A DNA stretch of 64,000 bases, taken from NCBI RefSeq assembly GCF_009914755.1, contig NC_060932.1, one strand, 5' to 3'. Below, piece after piece: positions 1 through 14,705 of this stretch (position 1 is the stretch's first letter; every line of letters starts with the position of its first letter). The translations under genes were made by a program, and so were the position numbers. The notes beneath the pieces were generated by a model. That model did not search any database and was not told the origin of the DNA. It saw nothing but the letters and a program-made list of their open reading frames with translations. This stretch comes from the human T2T-CHM13v2.0 reference genome, Homo sapiens.

Positions 1-109
1 GATGGCAGCCAAGCAAACTAATTCATCAACCTTGAATCCCCCATTAAAGGTTTGACCGTTAGCAAGCTATGTCCAACAAAGTGTCCCACAGCGTACTAAC
101 ATGGATGTA

Positions 110-330
110 GCCTGGCCTTGGAATCAAATCACCCTTGGCTACGATTCTGTGTCTGCCACTTGTGAGCTGTGTGACTTGGGGAAATGACTTCTGCCTCTGG
201 ACCTTAGGTTCATTACGTATTAAAGGTGGTTCCTTCCTCCCGGGGTTAAATAAGGATGCAGTGAGACTGGATTAAATGACAGGATGTTTATGAAGGCCTG
301 ACCCATACAAGGCACTGTGTGTATTAGCTT
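110..330 (+). mobile_element. MIR SINE fragment
   Basis: MIR core-like tgccacttgtgagctgtgtgacttggggaaatgactt...ggattaaatga; diverged, boundaries approximate. Confidence 0.65.
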
Positions 331-470
331 CCCTTCCTTATCTTGAGGATTGTGTATCCCCAGATAAATTGATACCATCTTCACTCATGGAGTCCCTAGT
401 ACTTTTACATGTCTTCACATTTTCATATGATTTTCAACTTAACCAGTCTTCAGTTAAGATAGGAAGAGTG

Positions 471-780
471 GGCTGAGCACTGTGGCTCATGCCTGCAATC
501 CCAGCACAGTGGGAAACTGCAATCCCAGCACATTGGGAAACTAAGGCAGGAGGATCCCTTCAGCCCAGGAGCTCAAGACCAGCTTGGATAACAGAGTGAG
601 ACCCATTCTCTACAAAAAAAATAAAATTAGCCAGGCATGGTGGCACATGCCTCTGGCCCTAGCTACTCGGGGAGCTTAGCTTGGGCCTGGGAGGTCAAGG
701 CTGCAGTGAGCTCTGATTGTGCCACTGTACTCCAGCCTGGGCAACAGAGCCAGACCCTGTCTTGGGGGAAGAAAAAGAAG
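471..780 (+). mobile_element. AluJ-type SINE with 24-bp internal tandem duplication
   Basis: Dimeric Alu; J-type right arm (gaggtcaaggctgcagtgagc); 493-516 repeated at 517-540. Confidence 0.9.
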
Positions 781-934
781 TAAACAGAGAGAGAAACCTA
801 AACAATTTGGACAAAATACAGAGCTAAACGGTAGAAGAGTCCAAAATCCAGGCTTCCTGGCTTTTCTTTGACTGGAAAGATGGAAACTCCTAGTGTGGAA
901 CGAGGCTAACCCCATGCAGGATAAGAATTTCTCT

Positions 935-1027
935 TGTTGGAGGCTGTGTCACAGGCCATGGTCACTCATATTTGGCTCAGAATAAATCTCTTCAAATATT
1001 TTACAGAGTGTGACTATTTTCATCAAT
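935..1027 (+). mobile_element. ERV1-class LTR 3' end fragment (MER4-group-like)
   Basis: ggccatggtcactcatatttggctcagaataaatctcttcaaatattttacagag is a typical MER4-group LTR terminus. Confidence 0.6.
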
Positions 1028-1381
1028 AATATGTATGAAAGGGACAGAAGTAATTTTTCTAATTTAAATAAAGGGTATCCCTGCCCCCCAAATCCATCCA
1101 GATTCATTCTTCCCAAACACAAACTTCATTCTATTTCTTTGCTATCTAAGATCCTTCTCTGACTCCTCTTCCCTGATGTTGGAATGAAATTGCGTCCAAC
1201 TCTTTCCGTCTGACCATCACCTCCCCACATGGTCAGCCTCTGGCTCCTTGTCCCGCCTTTCTCACAACCCCCCTCCACCTCACAGGGCTCACTTCCCAGC
1301 TCACCCCTTGGCCACACTCATTTCCACCTTCAAGCCTCTGCTCTAGCCCTCCCTCCCCCAACTCCTCTCCATGCAAACTAA

Positions 1382-1706
<325 letters not shown>

Positions 1707-1719
1707 GGGACCCCCTTTT

Positions 1720-2466
1720 TAAGGGCCCATGCCCCGACCTCCACTGCCCCAAGCATGGAAATAAAGGAAAATTCTGAGTTCCTTCAAGGGAAACTCCAGG
1801 CAGCTCACTAGCCCAGAGAGGCAAACATACAACTTTATAAGAAGATCACAGTAGCCTAAAATGATAGCCAAGGGAAGTTGGAATTCAGAGATGTTTGGTT
1901 TCCCTAGACAAACTAAGATATATCTTAACAAATGTCCCTGGATCCCCTGACCAAGGAACCCCATGTATGTATGGACCCACTGGCATGTAGACCTCAGATA
2001 CAGGGAAACTGAGGACTCAACTCTGACCATCATTCTTTGCTCTAATTTCTTCCTGAGGGGCTTGGAGGGAGTCACATCAGGAGCCAGTTAACATTTTTTT
2101 CATCTGACCACAAATTTTTAAACAAAGCTTCTCTTTCTTAACCAATTGCATATCAGAAAATCTTTGACTCTACCTATGACCGGAAAGCCCCCACTTTAAG
2201 ATATCTCACCCATTTAGGCCAAATCCAACGTGTAAACTCCAGGTATTGATTTGCGATTTTGCCTGTAGCTTTTGTTTTCCTGAAATTAAACCCTGAATTT
2301 TCCTGAAATTAAGCCCCAGGGGAGGTCAGGGTTTGAGCAATAGCTACCCGGTCGGCCTTGCTTGGCACCCCGCAAATAAACGCCTTCCTTTCTATCCCTG
2401 AGACCTCGGTGGGGATTTCTGGGCTTTCTGCACCGGGCGAGCGGACCCCAGTTCAGTTCAATAACC
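1720..2466 (+). mobile_element. ERV1-class solo LTR (MER34/MER39-like; subfamily uncertain)
   Basis: ggaaataaaggaaaattctgagttccttcaagggaaactccagg motif, aataaa poly(A) signal near 2375, LTR-like 3' end. Confidence 0.55.
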
Positions 2467-3142
2467 ACCTTGCCTATGCAAGGCCAATTTTATTCCACTC
2501 CAAAGCCTCCCAGACAACAGCAACTCCTCCATTTCCCAACTCTCAGTGCCTCAGAACCCTGTGGGCCCCTGTTTCATTAATCAATTGACCTCAAGTGGTC
2601 CCCCGCCCCACCCCCACCCCCAGGACTCAGCAGCTCCCACCCTGCCGCAAGCACTTCCCACTGGAAAACTTTCCAAATAAATCAGTAAACCAGGACCTGG
2701 GGCTTTTGCTGGAAAGTCAAATTACAGTATTTGTTTGAAGACTATTTTTCATTCAAAAATAAGCAGGGATATTAGCTCAAGACACACATACACACACACA
2801 AATTCCTTCTTACAAGGCAAACATCCCATTTTAATGGATCTAATTAGATCCTCAGGATATAGACCTAAGAATAGACATCTGTACTTCTCTCTTAACACCA
2901 GAGGTAACTGGGTGCCACCCTCCAGCAACACTGGGGCACGGCTGAGCAGGAAGAGGAGGAGGGGAGGGGAAAGGTCAGGGGTCAAAGGTCACTAGGCAAC
3001 TTCACACTGGCCAGGCTGAACTCTGGAGAACCATTTCATAAAAGCAGGTCATAAAACAGCCTTTGGTTCCCTCATGGAAATAATATTGTAACTGGAAACT
3101 GATTCAGCATCATAAATATACTGAAAGCAAAGACATCCCATC

Positions 3143-3951
3143 TGTATTAGTCTATTTTCCCACTGCTGTAAACGACTACCTGAGACTGGTTAATTTATAA
3201 AGAAAAGAGGTTTAATTGACTCACAGTTCTGCAGGCTGAACAGGAAGCATGACTAGGAGGTCTCAGGAAACTCACAATCATGGCAGAAGGCAAAGGAGTA
3301 GCAAGCACACCTTCCTATGGCAGCAGGAGAGCGAAGCGGGAGGAGCCACACACTATTAAATGCTCGGATCTCGTGAGAACTCACTCACTAGCATGAGAAC
3401 AGCAAGGAGGAAATCCGTTCCCATGATCCAATCACCTCCCACTGAGGCAGGAGAATACAGAATTAGGGTAACCAAGGGTTAAGTCATACTTGGAAGAACA
3501 GCAGGTGCAGCCAGTTCCAGGCAAGACTGGGCAGCACACAGGCCACATCCTGGCTCCTATGATAACAAGACAGGAGTTTCCACTTCAGCCTCTGATTGTT
3601 CATGGGCCAGTCTTTCATAGGGTGTAACCAATTGGAGGCCTTTCAAGGGCACCTCAGAGTGTTACCAAATTCTTTTAGCCTAATACAAACCCTAAACAAC
3701 ACTGCAACTCGGGGGCTCTTGAGCTGCTTGCTCCAGCCTGTTCCCACTCTGTGGAGTGCACTTGCACTTCATAAATCTGTGCTTTCTTTGCTTCATTCTT
3801 TTGTTGCCTTGTGCATTTTGTTCAATTATTTGTTCAACACGCCAAGAACCTGGACAACTCACAGTCAAGAACTTCCATCTGGTAACACAACCCGGCCCCT
3901 CCTCCAATTCAACAGGAGATTTGGGTGGGGACACAAATCCAAACCATATCA
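3143..3951 (-). mobile_element. MST (MaLR) solo LTR, split by a nested ERV1 LTR
   Basis: tgtattagtc...ccaaaccatatca termini; perfect 5-bp TSD ccatc at 3138-3142 and 3952-3956. Confidence 0.9.
3443..3887 (+). mobile_element. ERV1 solo LTR (MER51/MER61-like) nested in MST
   Basis: TG...CA termini (tgaggcaggagaata...ggtaaca); 4-bp TSD ccac/caac; MST sequence resumes in register after it. Confidence 0.8.
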
Positions 3952-4513
3952 CCATCTATAAATCAGTTCTTATATTACTTACAAGAAAAATATATGCAAG
4001 AATTGGCATAAATATACCATAAGTATACTATACATGCTAATTAAAAGAGAGGTTCCATTATATACTCATAAACACATGAATGTACAATTTTACTATATCA
4101 TAAATGTTATCTACTATGAACACATTAGCTGTAATTGTAAACATTGAATGAATACTAATTTTCCTTGCCTTCTTGGCATTTGGACAAGTTTTGTGAAGAT
4201 GATTTGCATGGTCCAGGTTTTCTAAAAAAGTCCATAGAGATAGTTTGAACAGATGTAGCAAAGAGAGCAATTCATCTTAGAGTGCTTGGTCCAACTTAGA
4301 ACAGCCTCAGAGCCTCATAGGTGACAGGTGGGCAAGTAGAGGTGGCAAGAAAAGCATGGAAGCCTGAGACAGTGCCCAGAATTATTCTGGAAGGAGAAGA
4401 GAAAGTAAACAGTCCTCCAAACATTAGTGAATTTTTCGGCAGGCGGCAGGGGGAGAGGAGGACCAACATGGGCGATGGCCACAGATACTGGGGTGGCTGA
4501 GTCCCACATTCAC

Positions 4514-5059
4514 TGTGAGATGGTTAATGTGACATGTCAACCTGGCTGGGCCCTGGTGCCCAGTTGTTTGGCCAAACACCAGTCTAGATGTTGCCATGAC
4601 GTTATTTCTTAGATGTGATTACATTTAAATCAGTAAACTTCCAGTAAAGCAGACTACCTGTCATAATGTGGGTGGGCCTCATTCAATCACTTGGAGACCT
4701 TAAGTGCAAAGACCAAGGCTTCCCAGAGAAGAAGAAATTCTCCTGAAGATTGCAGCATAGAAACCTTACCTGAGTAGCCAGCCTGTTTTGCAGAATTCAC
4801 GCTCAGGACTGCAACATCAACTCTTACCTGAATTTGCAGCCTGTCAATCTTCCCTGCCGGCTTCAGACTTGCCAGCACCCGCAACTGTGGGAGCCAGTTC
4901 CTTAAAATAAATGTAGGCAGGTAGATAGGTAGGTAGGTAGAGAGATAGATGATAGATGAATAAATAGACGGATGATAGATGGATAGATGCAAGAGGAAAA
5001 GAGAGAAAGATAAGTACATCTTTTGTTAGTTGTTTCTTTAGAGAACCCTGACTGATACA
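4514..5059 (+). mobile_element. MLT2 (ERVL) solo LTR with internal (TAGA/TAGG)n tract
   Basis: tgtgagatggttaat...gtcaac start; gagaaccctgactgataca end. Confidence 0.85.
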
Positions 5060-5656
5060 TCTTCTAGCATCTTGAGCCAAGAAGGAAACAATTGTGCATA
5101 GAGTGGCCTGGACAGCAGAGAAGCTGCAACAGGTGAGGAAAACTGTGGCTGAGAACTCCAGTTCACTCCATCCATACCTCACTTTCCCAAAGGCAATAGG
5201 AGCCTTCTGAGTTCATGGGACAGCCCTGAACACCAGGCTTTTCAGAAGTAGGAGCCATCCACGCAGAATCACTGCCCAAGCAAGCTATCAGCAAAAATCA
5301 GTCAGGGCATCAAAAGTCCAGAATGAAACCATGGATGCTTTTTGTGGATCAATCAGATGAACTTGGGAATGAGGCCAGTTCACCTTTACGAGCCCCAGGG
5401 AGCTTCAGGCCAACGCCTCCAATCAACCATGTGTTTAGTGCAGAGCCAGGGCTTTGTGGGCGGAGGGCCTGGCTCTCTCGATTTCTGGCCTCTGGAAAGA
5501 ACAAGGGCAATCTGTGTTCTCATTTGTAAAATGAAGATAATTTTGACCCCAGGCTCACAGGGTGACTGTGAGCACTAGATTGACCGGCATGTGCTTCCTG
5601 AGCCAGAATACTAAAGCCAGTTGCTCCTAATAGCTCAGAGCTATTTTCTGATTTTC

Positions 5657-5954
5657 CTTTTTTTTTTTTTTTTTTGACAGAATCTCGCTCTGTCACCCAG
5701 GCTAGAGTGCAATGGTATGATCTTGGCTCACTGCAACCTCCACCCTCAGGGTTAAGCGATTTTCCTGCCTCAGCCTTGCGAGTAGCTGGGATTACAGGCA
5801 CGCGCCACCATGCCCAGCTAATGTTTGTATTTTTAGTAGAGACACAGTTTCGCCATTTTGCCCAGGCTGGTCTCAAACTCCTGACCTCAAGGGATCCACC
5901 TGCCTCAGCCTCCCAAAGTGCTGGGATTACAAGCATGAGCCACCGTGCCCAGCC
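5657..5954 (-). mobile_element. AluS SINE
   Basis: Poly-T plus full antisense Alu. Confidence 0.95.
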
Positions 5955-7006
5955 AGCTCAGTGCTGTCTTCAAGGCAGCTCCTAGGACACCTCCCACAGG
6001 GAAAATAGTTCTCTCTGGTTGTGACAACACAGGACTTCATGTAGGGGTCCCCCAAATTGTAGGGAGGTAATTTTCACATCTTTGAAGGATATGAAAATTA
6101 GACCCCTTAGGGGAAAATACAGGCTGAGAGACAGTGGCCGATCGTGAGGTCCCTGATGAAGAAGGAATTGGATTCTGGCAAGTGAAGCCTCTCTGCAGGA
6201 TGAGGACAGGAATATTGCTATTATGCCCTCCAAACGAGGAGCCCCACAAACCTTAAGAAGGGGGAAGGTGAGCCTTGGCTGCTGCAAGACAACAAAAACA
6301 ACCACGCGCTTCACAATTACTAACTTGCTTCATTCCCACATTGATCCCCCAAAGCATCATTAGACTATCTTTATTTCTTTTTTACACATAAAGAAACTAA
6401 GTCTCCAACAGACTTGGCCAAGGTTCCCCATTTCGTGAGAGGGGGAGCTGAGACCCATGCACAGGCACGTGAGTCTCTCACCTGCCCCTTCCACGACACC
6501 TGTGCCCTTTTTCACAAGGTCATGAGGTGATGACTCTATGCTGCGGTCTGAAGATCAATGAGACAGACAACGCCCTAAGACAATAAAGAAAGATAAAGGT
6601 AAACAGGTCAACACTTTTGTTTTAGGAAAGGGCACCTTCAGAGAATGATCAAGATGAACAAAACTTCCCACCCCCCTGGAGCTTTTCCTAGAGAGGGAGA
6701 CAGACATTATATCAGCACAATTTCCATCTACTGTCAATCCCTGAAAAAAATAATAAAATAGAATAGAATAAGATAAACCAGCACGACTGTGTTGTCTTAT
6801 GAAGGAGAAGTGCGGGAGATCCCAGGAACTCGTGAGAGGCAGGAGTGGGTTGGCGTGAAGCAAAGGCTTCAGGGAAGATGTGAGGTTAAGCCAAGAACCG
6901 ACAGAAGTTCAGGCCGGGGCATACACGACTCCGAGTCCATGTACACAAAGCCAAAGGCCAACAGGAGCAGTTGTACTCCAGACACCCAGCTTAAAGCATG
7001 CTGATA

Positions 7007-7361
<355 letters not shown>

Positions 7362-7979
7362 TCAAAGTGTGGAAATCTGTACATATTTTGAGTTCAATGG
7401 GAGCCCTCCAAGAAATCCCCAGCTTGGGAGTGGCCCCATCATGACCTGTTCACCTTCATCCACCACAAAACCTAGAGGTCTGATCCAAACCAAACCCCCA
7501 AAGCAAATGTGTAGGATCCAGCACATGGACTTCAGTCTGCTTGATTTCAAAGCATGAAATCGTTGGCTGTTTTCCCCAGAGGTTACCTGCTCAATACAGC
7601 TTTCAAGCTGAATGCCATCTTCCATTCCCTTGCATGAAGGCCTGCATACCATAAGGAAGTCCAAATAGCTCAGCTGCCACTTCCTTCCCTTGTCTTTCCA
7701 TCCTAAAGGAATCTGCAGCCCCACATTGGCTGGGGTCTTTGCACCTCTCTGAACCAACCAGAAGGAGTGCACATAAGCGCCCAAGAAGAGAGCAGAGGGA
7801 GATAAGTAAAAGTGATGTGCTTGTATTAGAAGCCACAGACAAATCTGCGATAACATTTAGAAGTCAGTTTTAATTCTGAGAATGTGGAAGTCAAAGCCCA
7901 TCTGATGTCAGGTTGAATGAATAGATTAAAAATTCAATCAGAAACAGCAGAGACTTGTCAAGGATTTCAAAAGCCCCTC

Positions 7980-8460
7980 CAATCCCTTCTGTGTGGGCAA
8001 CAAAGTGTGCCTAGCAAAAATGCAAATCAGATTATCACTCCCCTGTGTAAAACCCTTTTATACCCATTCACAATAAATCTCAGACTGCTCACCATGGCTT
8101 CAGGGCCTCAAGCCTCTTTTTTTCCCCAGCTCGCTGCTTTCCAGACCCACCAGCCTTTCAGCTCCCACACACACCACGCTTCCTGTGCCTCTGAACAGCC
8201 GTGCAGGCGGTTCTCGCTGCCTGCGGCCTGCTTCCACCAGCTGGTAACTTTTGCTTGCCTCTCCAATGAGAGAGGCCTCACTCAACCATCCCATCTTAGT
8301 CATGTTTTCCTGAAAAAGTCTCACATTGATGCTTTTGTTAACTCCTTCAGTGCACTAAAGACAGTCTGTTGAGTTTGTTTATGCGAAGTCCGGTCTCCCC
8401 AACTAAAATGTCAGCTTGCAGAGAGCAGAAGAGGTCGGGCCTGTGTAGCTCGCTGATGAA
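7980..8460 (+). mobile_element. L2 LINE 3' fragment
   Basis: aaatcagattatcactcccctgtgtaaaaccc and gtctccccaactaaaatgtcagc resemble the L2 3' region; diverged. Confidence 0.55.
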
Positions 8461-8465
8461 TTCCT

Positions 8466-8690
8466 GTTGACAGACACTTACCCATGAGCTGCTCAAGTCC
8501 TGCACATCTTGAGAAAGAGCCCTTACTTCCGGGGTATCTTTTCAAGGATGTCTGTACGGTGAAAACCTGTGGTAGACAGAGTATCTCCTTCCAGAGCAAG
8601 TCAGGTGCGCATGCTGTGCAGTATCATGAAGACCATGTCTCCTTCTGGAATGGACAGGCAGGCTTGCTGCCTGTGATTTATGAAGCTTAA
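8466..8690 (+). mobile_element. Old LTR fragment (MER89/MER90-like)
   Basis: Collinear similarity with the LTR at 33385-33893 (ctgcacatcttgag, gggtatcttttcaagga). Confidence 0.45.
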
Positions 8691-8949
8691 AATAGCAAAT
8701 ATAAATATCAACCAAGCAAAATGGTATTTACGATACATGTACATAGGGAGTAACAAACACAAAATTCACAATGACGTCTGCCTCTTGCAGGGAGGCCAGG
8801 GGGTGGAATCTGTGAGAAGTTGCTGGAAGTTTCCATGCCATTGGGTGTGCTTCTGCCAGCTGATACCCTTGGACTCTCAAGTGAGAGACACCACAGTTGA
8901 CCATCTTACGTTGGTAGCATCTTCCTGGGTTAGTCCCACCTCGAAACCT

Positions 8950-9140
8950 GTATATGCATAAAAGACAATCTACTATATGTACCATGTATTATGTAATATA
9001 TACATAGTATATATAATACAGGAATATGGTAACATAGTAATATATATTATCTACTTATCCATTGTAGATAATACATACATATTGTGTATCATCTATATTA
9101 TTAATACATATCACATATGTTTATACACATATAATATAGA
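8950..9140. repeat. AT-rich (TA/CA) low-complexity tract
   Basis: Degenerate atat/acat repeats. Confidence 0.7.
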
Positions 9141-9141
9141 G

Positions 9142-9987
<846 letters not shown>

Positions 9988-10730
9988 ATACGGAGTACAT
10001 AATATGTAGCAATGTCCTAGTTGTTAAGTTGGGTGGTAGACTCACAAGTGTTTGTTTTATTATGTGTCATAGCCAATATGTAGTTAAAAATATCATTTCG
10101 TATTATCTAATATTCCATCTGATAGTTTCAATAGTAACAGTGGCCATTTCAAGGTAGTAAGATTTAGGCATGATTCCCTTCTCCCATATAAGCTTCTTAA
10201 TTTTCTAAGTTCTTTTCAAACAATAACAGATTGTTTCTAGAATCAGAAAACATAAACTTTGTAAAATATATGAGAAAAATGTATACTGGCAAATTACAAA
10301 TGGAAACGTGAAGATCTTTCCCATTTAAGGAGAAGAAGAGTCATGGATGATTTTCTGCTGATATGTTTAGAGACCTGGAGATCCTCTGTAGTTTTGGCTT
10401 TCAAATCTCTCCTCCTACTGTGTTTCTTGTACTTGGAGCACTTTTCTCATTTCCAGTCTCAGACTGGAAAGAAGTTAGTGTTGAACCACGCCCCAGTGGA
10501 TACCTAAATTCTCTGGGAAATTGAATTTTTCCCTAGATAGAGAGAGGTGGTCCACGGAGATTGATAATGCAAGGCCCCAACCCTGTGCCCTGTCCCATCC
10601 ACAGGGGACTCAGGCTGGCTGTGGCACAGGCATGGAGCAGAGAGAGGCTGGCTGTCTTAGGGCAGGGAGACTTTCCCAGAAAGGGCAAGGCCAGGGACCA
10701 AAAAGAACCCCGGGAATGTCACTGGGATGT

Positions 10731-11253
10731 TTGGTGGATTAGAAATCATGGCCACAACATTCTCAAGCATCTCCTGCCAAGAGGAGGTATCTAGTTCTCT
10801 GCTTCTTTAATCTGGGCGGGTCTTGATACTCGCTGTGGTCTCCTGAATGTGGTACAATCAGCATTGTGTGTGTTCCAGAACTAAGAGGCCTGCAGCTTCC
10901 ATTTCCTCTTCCTTTTTTACCCAACTACCACGTAAAGAGGTCCAGGCTCTCCTGCTGGAGGGCGGAGCCACATGGAGAGTGAGACCTGAAGGATGAGAGA
11001 CCATGGGGAGGAAGATGCCACAGGAAAGAGACCCATGACACCGCAGCAGACAGCCAGCACCAAGACTCCATCTATGTGAGGGAGGTCATATTAGGTCCTC
11101 CAGCCAGCTGATCCTGCTGATAACACTTGGAGCAGAGAGCTGAACCCACTGAGCCCTGCCCAAATGCCTGACCCATAGAGTCATAAGCCATCAAATAGTT
11201 CTGATTAGCTAGAGTTCCGGGTGCTTTGGACCCAGCAACAGATAACTGATACA
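10731..11253 (+). mobile_element. MLT1 (MaLR) LTR, F/G-like
   Basis: atggccacaacattct start region and gcaacagataactgataca terminus. Confidence 0.7.
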
Positions 11254-11391
11254 GGGTGATAGAACAAGGAAATAAAAATACATCTCAATTAATTGAAAAG
11301 TTTGCAGGACACACTATTAAAAATTAGACAGGAAGTCAGACTACAATTGGGCCATCTGACTCTGCAACTCATCCAAAAAAAAGCAAAATCC

Positions 11392-11680
<289 letters not shown>

Positions 11681-11865
11681 AGCAAAATCCAACAGCAAAT
11701 TCTTGAAGGAATTTCTGGAAATTCTTGAAGGAAGAAAGAGCGGCTTATGAATTTTACAAGTTGTGTCACACAAAAGGCTTTCTAGAATCCTCTTTGGACT
11801 CTCTCTTTATCAATTACTTTTCAGTAACAGCAACTTCCGAAAGTCAGTCTCTCCCCTTCTCCGTC

Positions 11866-12596
11866 TTCACACATATGCACACATGCACGAGCACGCAGGC
11901 ACACACATGTGCACATGTACACACATTGTATTAGGCTGTTCTTGCATTGCTATACAGAAATACCGGAGCCTGGGTAATTTATAAAGAAAAGAGGTTAAAT
12001 TGGCTCGTGGTTCTGCAGGTTGTACAGCAAGCATGGTACAGGCATCTGCTTAGCTTTTGGGGAGGCCTCAGAGAGCTTTTACTCATGGTGGAAGGTGAAA
12101 CGGGAGCAGGCACTTCACATGACCGGACCAAGAGCAAGAGGTTGGGCAGGGGGCATGCCACACACTTTTAAACAACCAGATCTCATGACAACTCACTATC
12201 ACAAAGGCGGCACCAAGGAGATAGTGCTAAGACATTCCTGAGAAATCCACCCCCATGATCCAATCACCTCCCACCAGGCCCCACCTCCAACACTGGAGAT
12301 TACATTTCAACATGAGATTTGCGGGAACCATATCCAAACCATATCACGCGTATACAAATGCACTTGCACACACACACACAGACATGCATATACACATGTT
12401 CACACATATACAAATGCACACATACACACATGCATGCACGTACACTCACATACATGCATCCACATGCATGCACGTACACTCATGTACATGCATCCACACG
12501 CACGCGTACACTCATGTACATGCATCCACACACATACATGCATCCACACGTACACATGTGCCTATGCACATAAACATGCATGCATGCACACACACG
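11866..12596. repeat. (CA/CATG/CACG)n alternating purine-pyrimidine tract split by an MST LTR
   Basis: RY tract at 11866-11926 resumes at 12347-12596; includes three ~32-34-bp units at 12437-12534. Confidence 0.85.
11927..12346 (-). mobile_element. MSTB-like (MaLR) solo LTR
   Basis: tgtattaggc...ccaaaccatatca termini; TSD cacat/cgcgt differs only by CpG decay. Confidence 0.9.
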
Positions 12597-13039
12597 ATTC
12601 CCTACCTCCCTGCCACGTTGCTCTACCAGCACTTCCTCTTCCATCACCGGCTATCATCTCTGTCATCTGTGTCGCAGTGAGTCTCCTTACTTTGTAAAGC
12701 CCCCTCTTCTTCTCCAAGTCCTCTTCTTTTGTGGAGAGCAGCTACTTGGAATTCTGATGAATCAATTCTCCATTTATTACATACTCAAGCCACAATAGCC
12801 ACCCTTGCCAAGTTCCATGTATTTTACCTCTTCATTGTTTTTCCCTGCAGATTCTACGGTCCAACACCAAGGAGCCCTTTCCGTTCCAGCTCAAATCCCA
12901 CAATCTCAAAACATTTTTTTCATGCTTCTCACTCCCACTCTCCATATCAACAGCCCATGGAATGAGCTTCTGTCTTTGCTAACCTTGGGGTTATCCTCCT
13001 ATCTTGTTCTACACAGGTCTGCTTCTCTTGCTAGTTTAT

Positions 13040-13150
13040 AACCTGCTTGCATCAAGTGCTGTGTCTTATTAATCTTTGTAACCACCACAGGCTCTAGCTC
13101 AGCACCACACACGTGGCAGGCATTCAATGATATTTGTCAAGTTGAGTGTA
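13040..13150 (+). mobile_element. L2 3' end
   Basis: tgtgtcttattaatctttgta...ggcattcaatgatatttgtcaagttgagtg. Confidence 0.6.
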
Positions 13151-13779
13151 ATTTAAATGAGGTCATTCATTCAGGTCTGTGCCAGGAAAAAAAAAAAAAG
13201 TCACCTTTTCTGAGATAAGCTGGGGTCACTTGCATACCAAGTCAGTCCAAACTGAAAGTAACATCAAATGACAAATAATCGTCTATTTCAAAACTAGAAA
13301 AGTAATGGATTTTGTTTGGAAAATAAGCATAGGAAGGACGTTTTTCCTTCTACTCTTCCGTGTTTTCCTGTATTTTGTAAATAAATGTGTGCTCATTTTA
13401 CAATAAAAATAAATTTTCACATGAGTAACTCAGAAAACAGAAATCATATTATCATTTATGACATTATGTCCACTGGATACTTTCTTTCAAAGTGCTATGA
13501 AGGCAAATATACTTGTTTCTTCAGCCTGAAAGAATCATTTACCAGTTTCCCGATGCTATCAGCTAAGTATTCCACCAAAGAGGGAAAAATGACGCTTGGT
13601 CCAGCTCTGTGATAGATGGAAGTTAAACATCTGAAAGTTCATCAACCCACACGCCCAGCTGGCCAGCTTCCTTGTCTCCAGCTGATCCTTGGAATTTAAT
13701 CTCAGTCCCAAATTTATAGATGAAATTCTCCCATCACATCCCATCTAGTTGAATTGTTAAAATGACTCTAATTTTGTTC

Positions 13780-14038
<259 letters not shown>

Positions 14039-14294
14039 TAATTTCATTATTTGAAATCTTTTCAAAGTTAAACTTCCAGAAACACCTCTATTCTTATTTT
14101 GGGAGACTATGTCTTGACCTTTCCTTAAGAGAGTTTAAGGTTGTCTTTAAGTTAAAATAAGATCATAACTCCTCAACCGAACATACAAATCATTCCCTTG
14201 GTCTAGTCTGCACTTTCAGCTTCTTCTCTGGGTGTTCCCTGGAAACCTGTTTCTCAGAGCTGTCGGTAGAGCACCTGCATCAGAATCACCTGAG

Positions 14295-14588
14295 GGCCGG
14301 GCGCAGTCGCTCACACCTGTAATCCCAGCACTTTGGGAGGCCAAGACAGGAAGACTTCTTGAGCCCAGGAGTTCATAAGCCAGCCTGGGCAACATGGCAA
14401 AACCCCATCTCTACCAAAAATACAAAAATTCGCCAGGCATGATGGTGTGAGCCTGTAGTCCCAGCTACCCAGGGGGCTAAGGCGGGAGGATCAACTGATC
14501 CCAGAAGGTCGAGGCTTCAGTGAGTCGTGTTCATGCCACTGCACTCCAGCCTGGGCAACAGAATGAGGGCCTGCCTCAGAAAAAAAAG
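14295..14588 (+). mobile_element. AluJ SINE
   Basis: Full dimer, J-type. Confidence 0.92.
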
Positions 14589-14589
14589 G

Positions 14590-14705
14590 GGTTTGGGAGA
14601 AAGAGGAGAGGGGAGAGGGGAGAGGGGAGAGAGGAGGGAAAAGGAAGAAAGGAAGGAGGGAAGGAAGGAAGGAAGGGAAGAAGGGACGGGAGAAAGAGAA
14701 AGGAA
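14590..14705. repeat. GA-rich polypurine tract
   Basis: (GGAGA/GGAA)n. Confidence 0.85.

Noticed and set aside
2275-2316. 19-bp direct repeat ttttcctgaaattaaRccc
   Set aside because: Small slippage duplication inside an LTR with no evident significance
12255-12697. His/Thr/Met-rich ORFs
   Set aside because: Translation artefacts of the CA-rich tract
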